Source: Chiloscyllium plagiosum (taxonomy: Eukaryota). Taken from it: 64,000 nucleotides of DNA. The translations under genes were made by a program, and so were the position numbers. Shown in pieces: positions 61,754 to 64,000 of this stretch. The notes under the pieces are model-generated. The model was not told the DNA's origin. It saw only the letters and a list, made by a program, of their open reading frames with translations, and did no database searches. Position 1 is the first letter of the stretch, and the number at the start of each line of letters is the position of its first letter. The stretch lies in assembly GCF_004010195.1 (NCBI RefSeq), contig NC_057720.1:16434478-16498477 (forward strand). The letters run 5' to 3'.

Positions 61754-63587
61754 ACAAGTGACTCTTCCTTCTATTTCTTGCATTCTTATCCATGGGAATT
61801 ACTTTGAGCTACAGTTATTATACTACAGGCTATTTACATTTCATCGTAACTTGGTAAATACCAAACGATATTTTTAAATTAACTTTTACTTATTCTGTTT
61901 ATCTTGGACAACACATCTAAATGGTCAGCTGGTAGACTGCACTCTTGACCTACCACTTGTGGTTGCAGTTATCAAGCAACTTTGTTTTTTCTATCCTAAC
62001 TAAACAAGTTTCATCGTAGAAATGATGCCAAGTATGGAAGTCTAATGTGAGTTGGGAATTTTATTGTAAAGAAATACCTGCTTTAGAGAAGTTACCTTTT
62101 GCTGTCAATATCACGTAGCAAAACAAGGGAAGCTATTAGTGCAAAAAAATGCATATGCAAAAAAACCCTCCATATTAAATGAAAATATTAACATTGGAAA
62201 TGTATTATATGCTACCATTGAACAAAACTGGTTGTCAACCCGACTTTAGCATTGTGCAAATACTTCATGCCTCCTCAAACCTATGAAAATCTAAAAATTA
62301 ACAAATAAACAGTCAGCATCAATCCCAAGGTTCTTATATATTTTCCATAACTCCTGATCACTCCAAGACTTCGTGATGTTGTTGAAACATCAGTCAAGTT
62401 TGCATTTCAGTGTTGTGGAACATTGCTCATTACAGGTAAAGCTCTGATATCTCAGTTAGTGAGGAAAACCAACTAACTAAGAACCAAGCTGTTTAATTAC
62501 AGGTTGAATTACATTACCAGCCTTGCACAAAAGAGCTAAGGTACTCTGAATGCTTTAATGTTACAAGCATATTTTGCTAAGTGGCAGACTTCAAAATTTA
62601 TGTTTTGTTTGCCAGAAACAAAACTGCTTGGATTGAGTGCAACCACAAATGGCACCTTCTAGTAGGGTCAGAAGAGAAACCAAACAGTCCGCCATTTGGA
62701 TGTGGCATCATGCAAGATGAAACAGAAAGGGAAAAGCCTGAAATAATCTTTTACTGTAGGAATAATTTGGCATTTACCAAATCATAACAAAATACAAATT
62801 TAACAAATGGTTTGTGGTATAATAATTATAGCTCATGGTCATTTGCCAGTACAGAATTCGAATACTGCTGAAAACATTTTGTTAAAGCTTTTTGCATTAC
62901 ACTCATCTGAATATTTCATAGAAATTCCAATTTTAGTGAAAACCAATACTTATACTCTATGAGAGGACAGTGCTGATTGGTTGCAAGTAGACTCGCTGGT
63001 AAAGGTGCCACCATGGATTTATGATGATCAACAGCTAACTGCCAGTCTTTAAGTTTTAAAACAAGAAAGTTGATTCTGACTGATCAAGGTATTACCCTGT
63101 GAAATGAACCAGCAAAATGGTCATCACTTATTTTGTTAAATTGAAACATGTGCAGAACATGCCCATTTTCTTCTGTTTGTGAAAAACACAGTTTGGGAGT
63201 AAATGTAAAATTACTGTATATTATTACTACTAATGTGCATTACTATATAACAAAATATATGAATTTCAATGCTAATGACAACAGATATTTAGGTCATATG
63301 TCCCAAGGAATGGTGAATTTTATCAAACAGTGTATCCCTTCAGCACTTCAGAACAAGGTACTGATCATATCCTTGCTTTCAAAACCTGCAGCAGTGTCCA
63401 ACATTAGGTTAAATTCTTCAATTGGACAATGTTTGCAGGATAATCCTATGTGTACAAAAAAATTACACTGACAACCGATTTAAGATTGGCAGTGGAGCTT
63501 GCTAAGTGACATACTTGTGGACATTAGATGTTACACACATTAACACCCACTGAGCTCCACTTCCAACTTTTTTCAAAAAACAAAAAA

Positions 63588-63900
63588 AAGCATTTATTTC
63601 ATACCCCTAATTGAAAGTGAGTGGTTCCTTGGGCCATTTCACAGGGTAATTAAGAGTTAACTACATTGCTTTGGATCTCAAATCATACGCAGGCCAAATC
63701 TGCTAAGGACAGCAGATTGCCTTTCTTAAGAGACATGAGCAAACGAGATGTTGTCTTCAACCACAATTGACAATGGTTAGACAGTCACCATTAGTCCAGT
63801 TTATTAGTTACTGAAATCTGGAATTAAAAGTGGCATTTGAATTAATGTCTCCAGAACATTAATCTAGGGTTCTTGATTACTAATTCGGTGATATTAACAT
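63588..63900 (-). mobile_element. Old copy of the second SINE family
   Basis: agcatttatttcatacccctaattg, aattaagagttaactacattgct, ccagaacattaatctagggt. Confidence 0.6.
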
Positions 63901-64000
63901 TAAGCAACAGCGAGAATTCCTTTGAGTTCCCAAACAACAATCAAATATTATAAACCATTGTCACAATATTGAAATTCAAATCATTCACAGTAACATTTCT

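Noticed and set aside
60394..64000. Search for the ZNF644 promoter / non-coding first exon
   Set aside because: AT-rich with no CpG island; the promoter is probably beyond the window.

Overview
Vertebrate genomic DNA, almost certainly a shark: it carries HE1-type V-SINEs, CR1 LINEs and Penelope-like elements typical of elasmobranchs. The window holds most of one gene, ZNF644 (WIZ/ZNF644 family C2H2 zinc-finger protein and G9a/GLP partner), on the minus strand. I resolve four phase-compatible coding exons: a candidate ATG exon at 60289-60329 that the ORF track misses, then 14612-17832, 8679-9290 and 4145-4267. The final exons and the promoter appear to lie outside the window. The introns are dense with mobile DNA: CR1, CR1/L2-group and Rex1/Babar LINE fragments, two tRNA-derived SINE families, Tc1/mariner MITEs, a decayed PIF/Harbinger transposon, and many Penelope-like pLTR fragments carrying minimal hammerhead-ribozyme motifs. 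There are two 500-N gaps. I found no convincing wholly novel system. The best leads are the hammerhead motifs, a tandem splice donor that would turn the ZNF644 N-terminus into an overlapping uORF, a perfect 37-bp inverted repeat beside the Harbinger relic, and repeated internally deleted CR1 derivatives. Repeat family names come from motif recognition rather than database searches, and most repeat boundaries are approximate.
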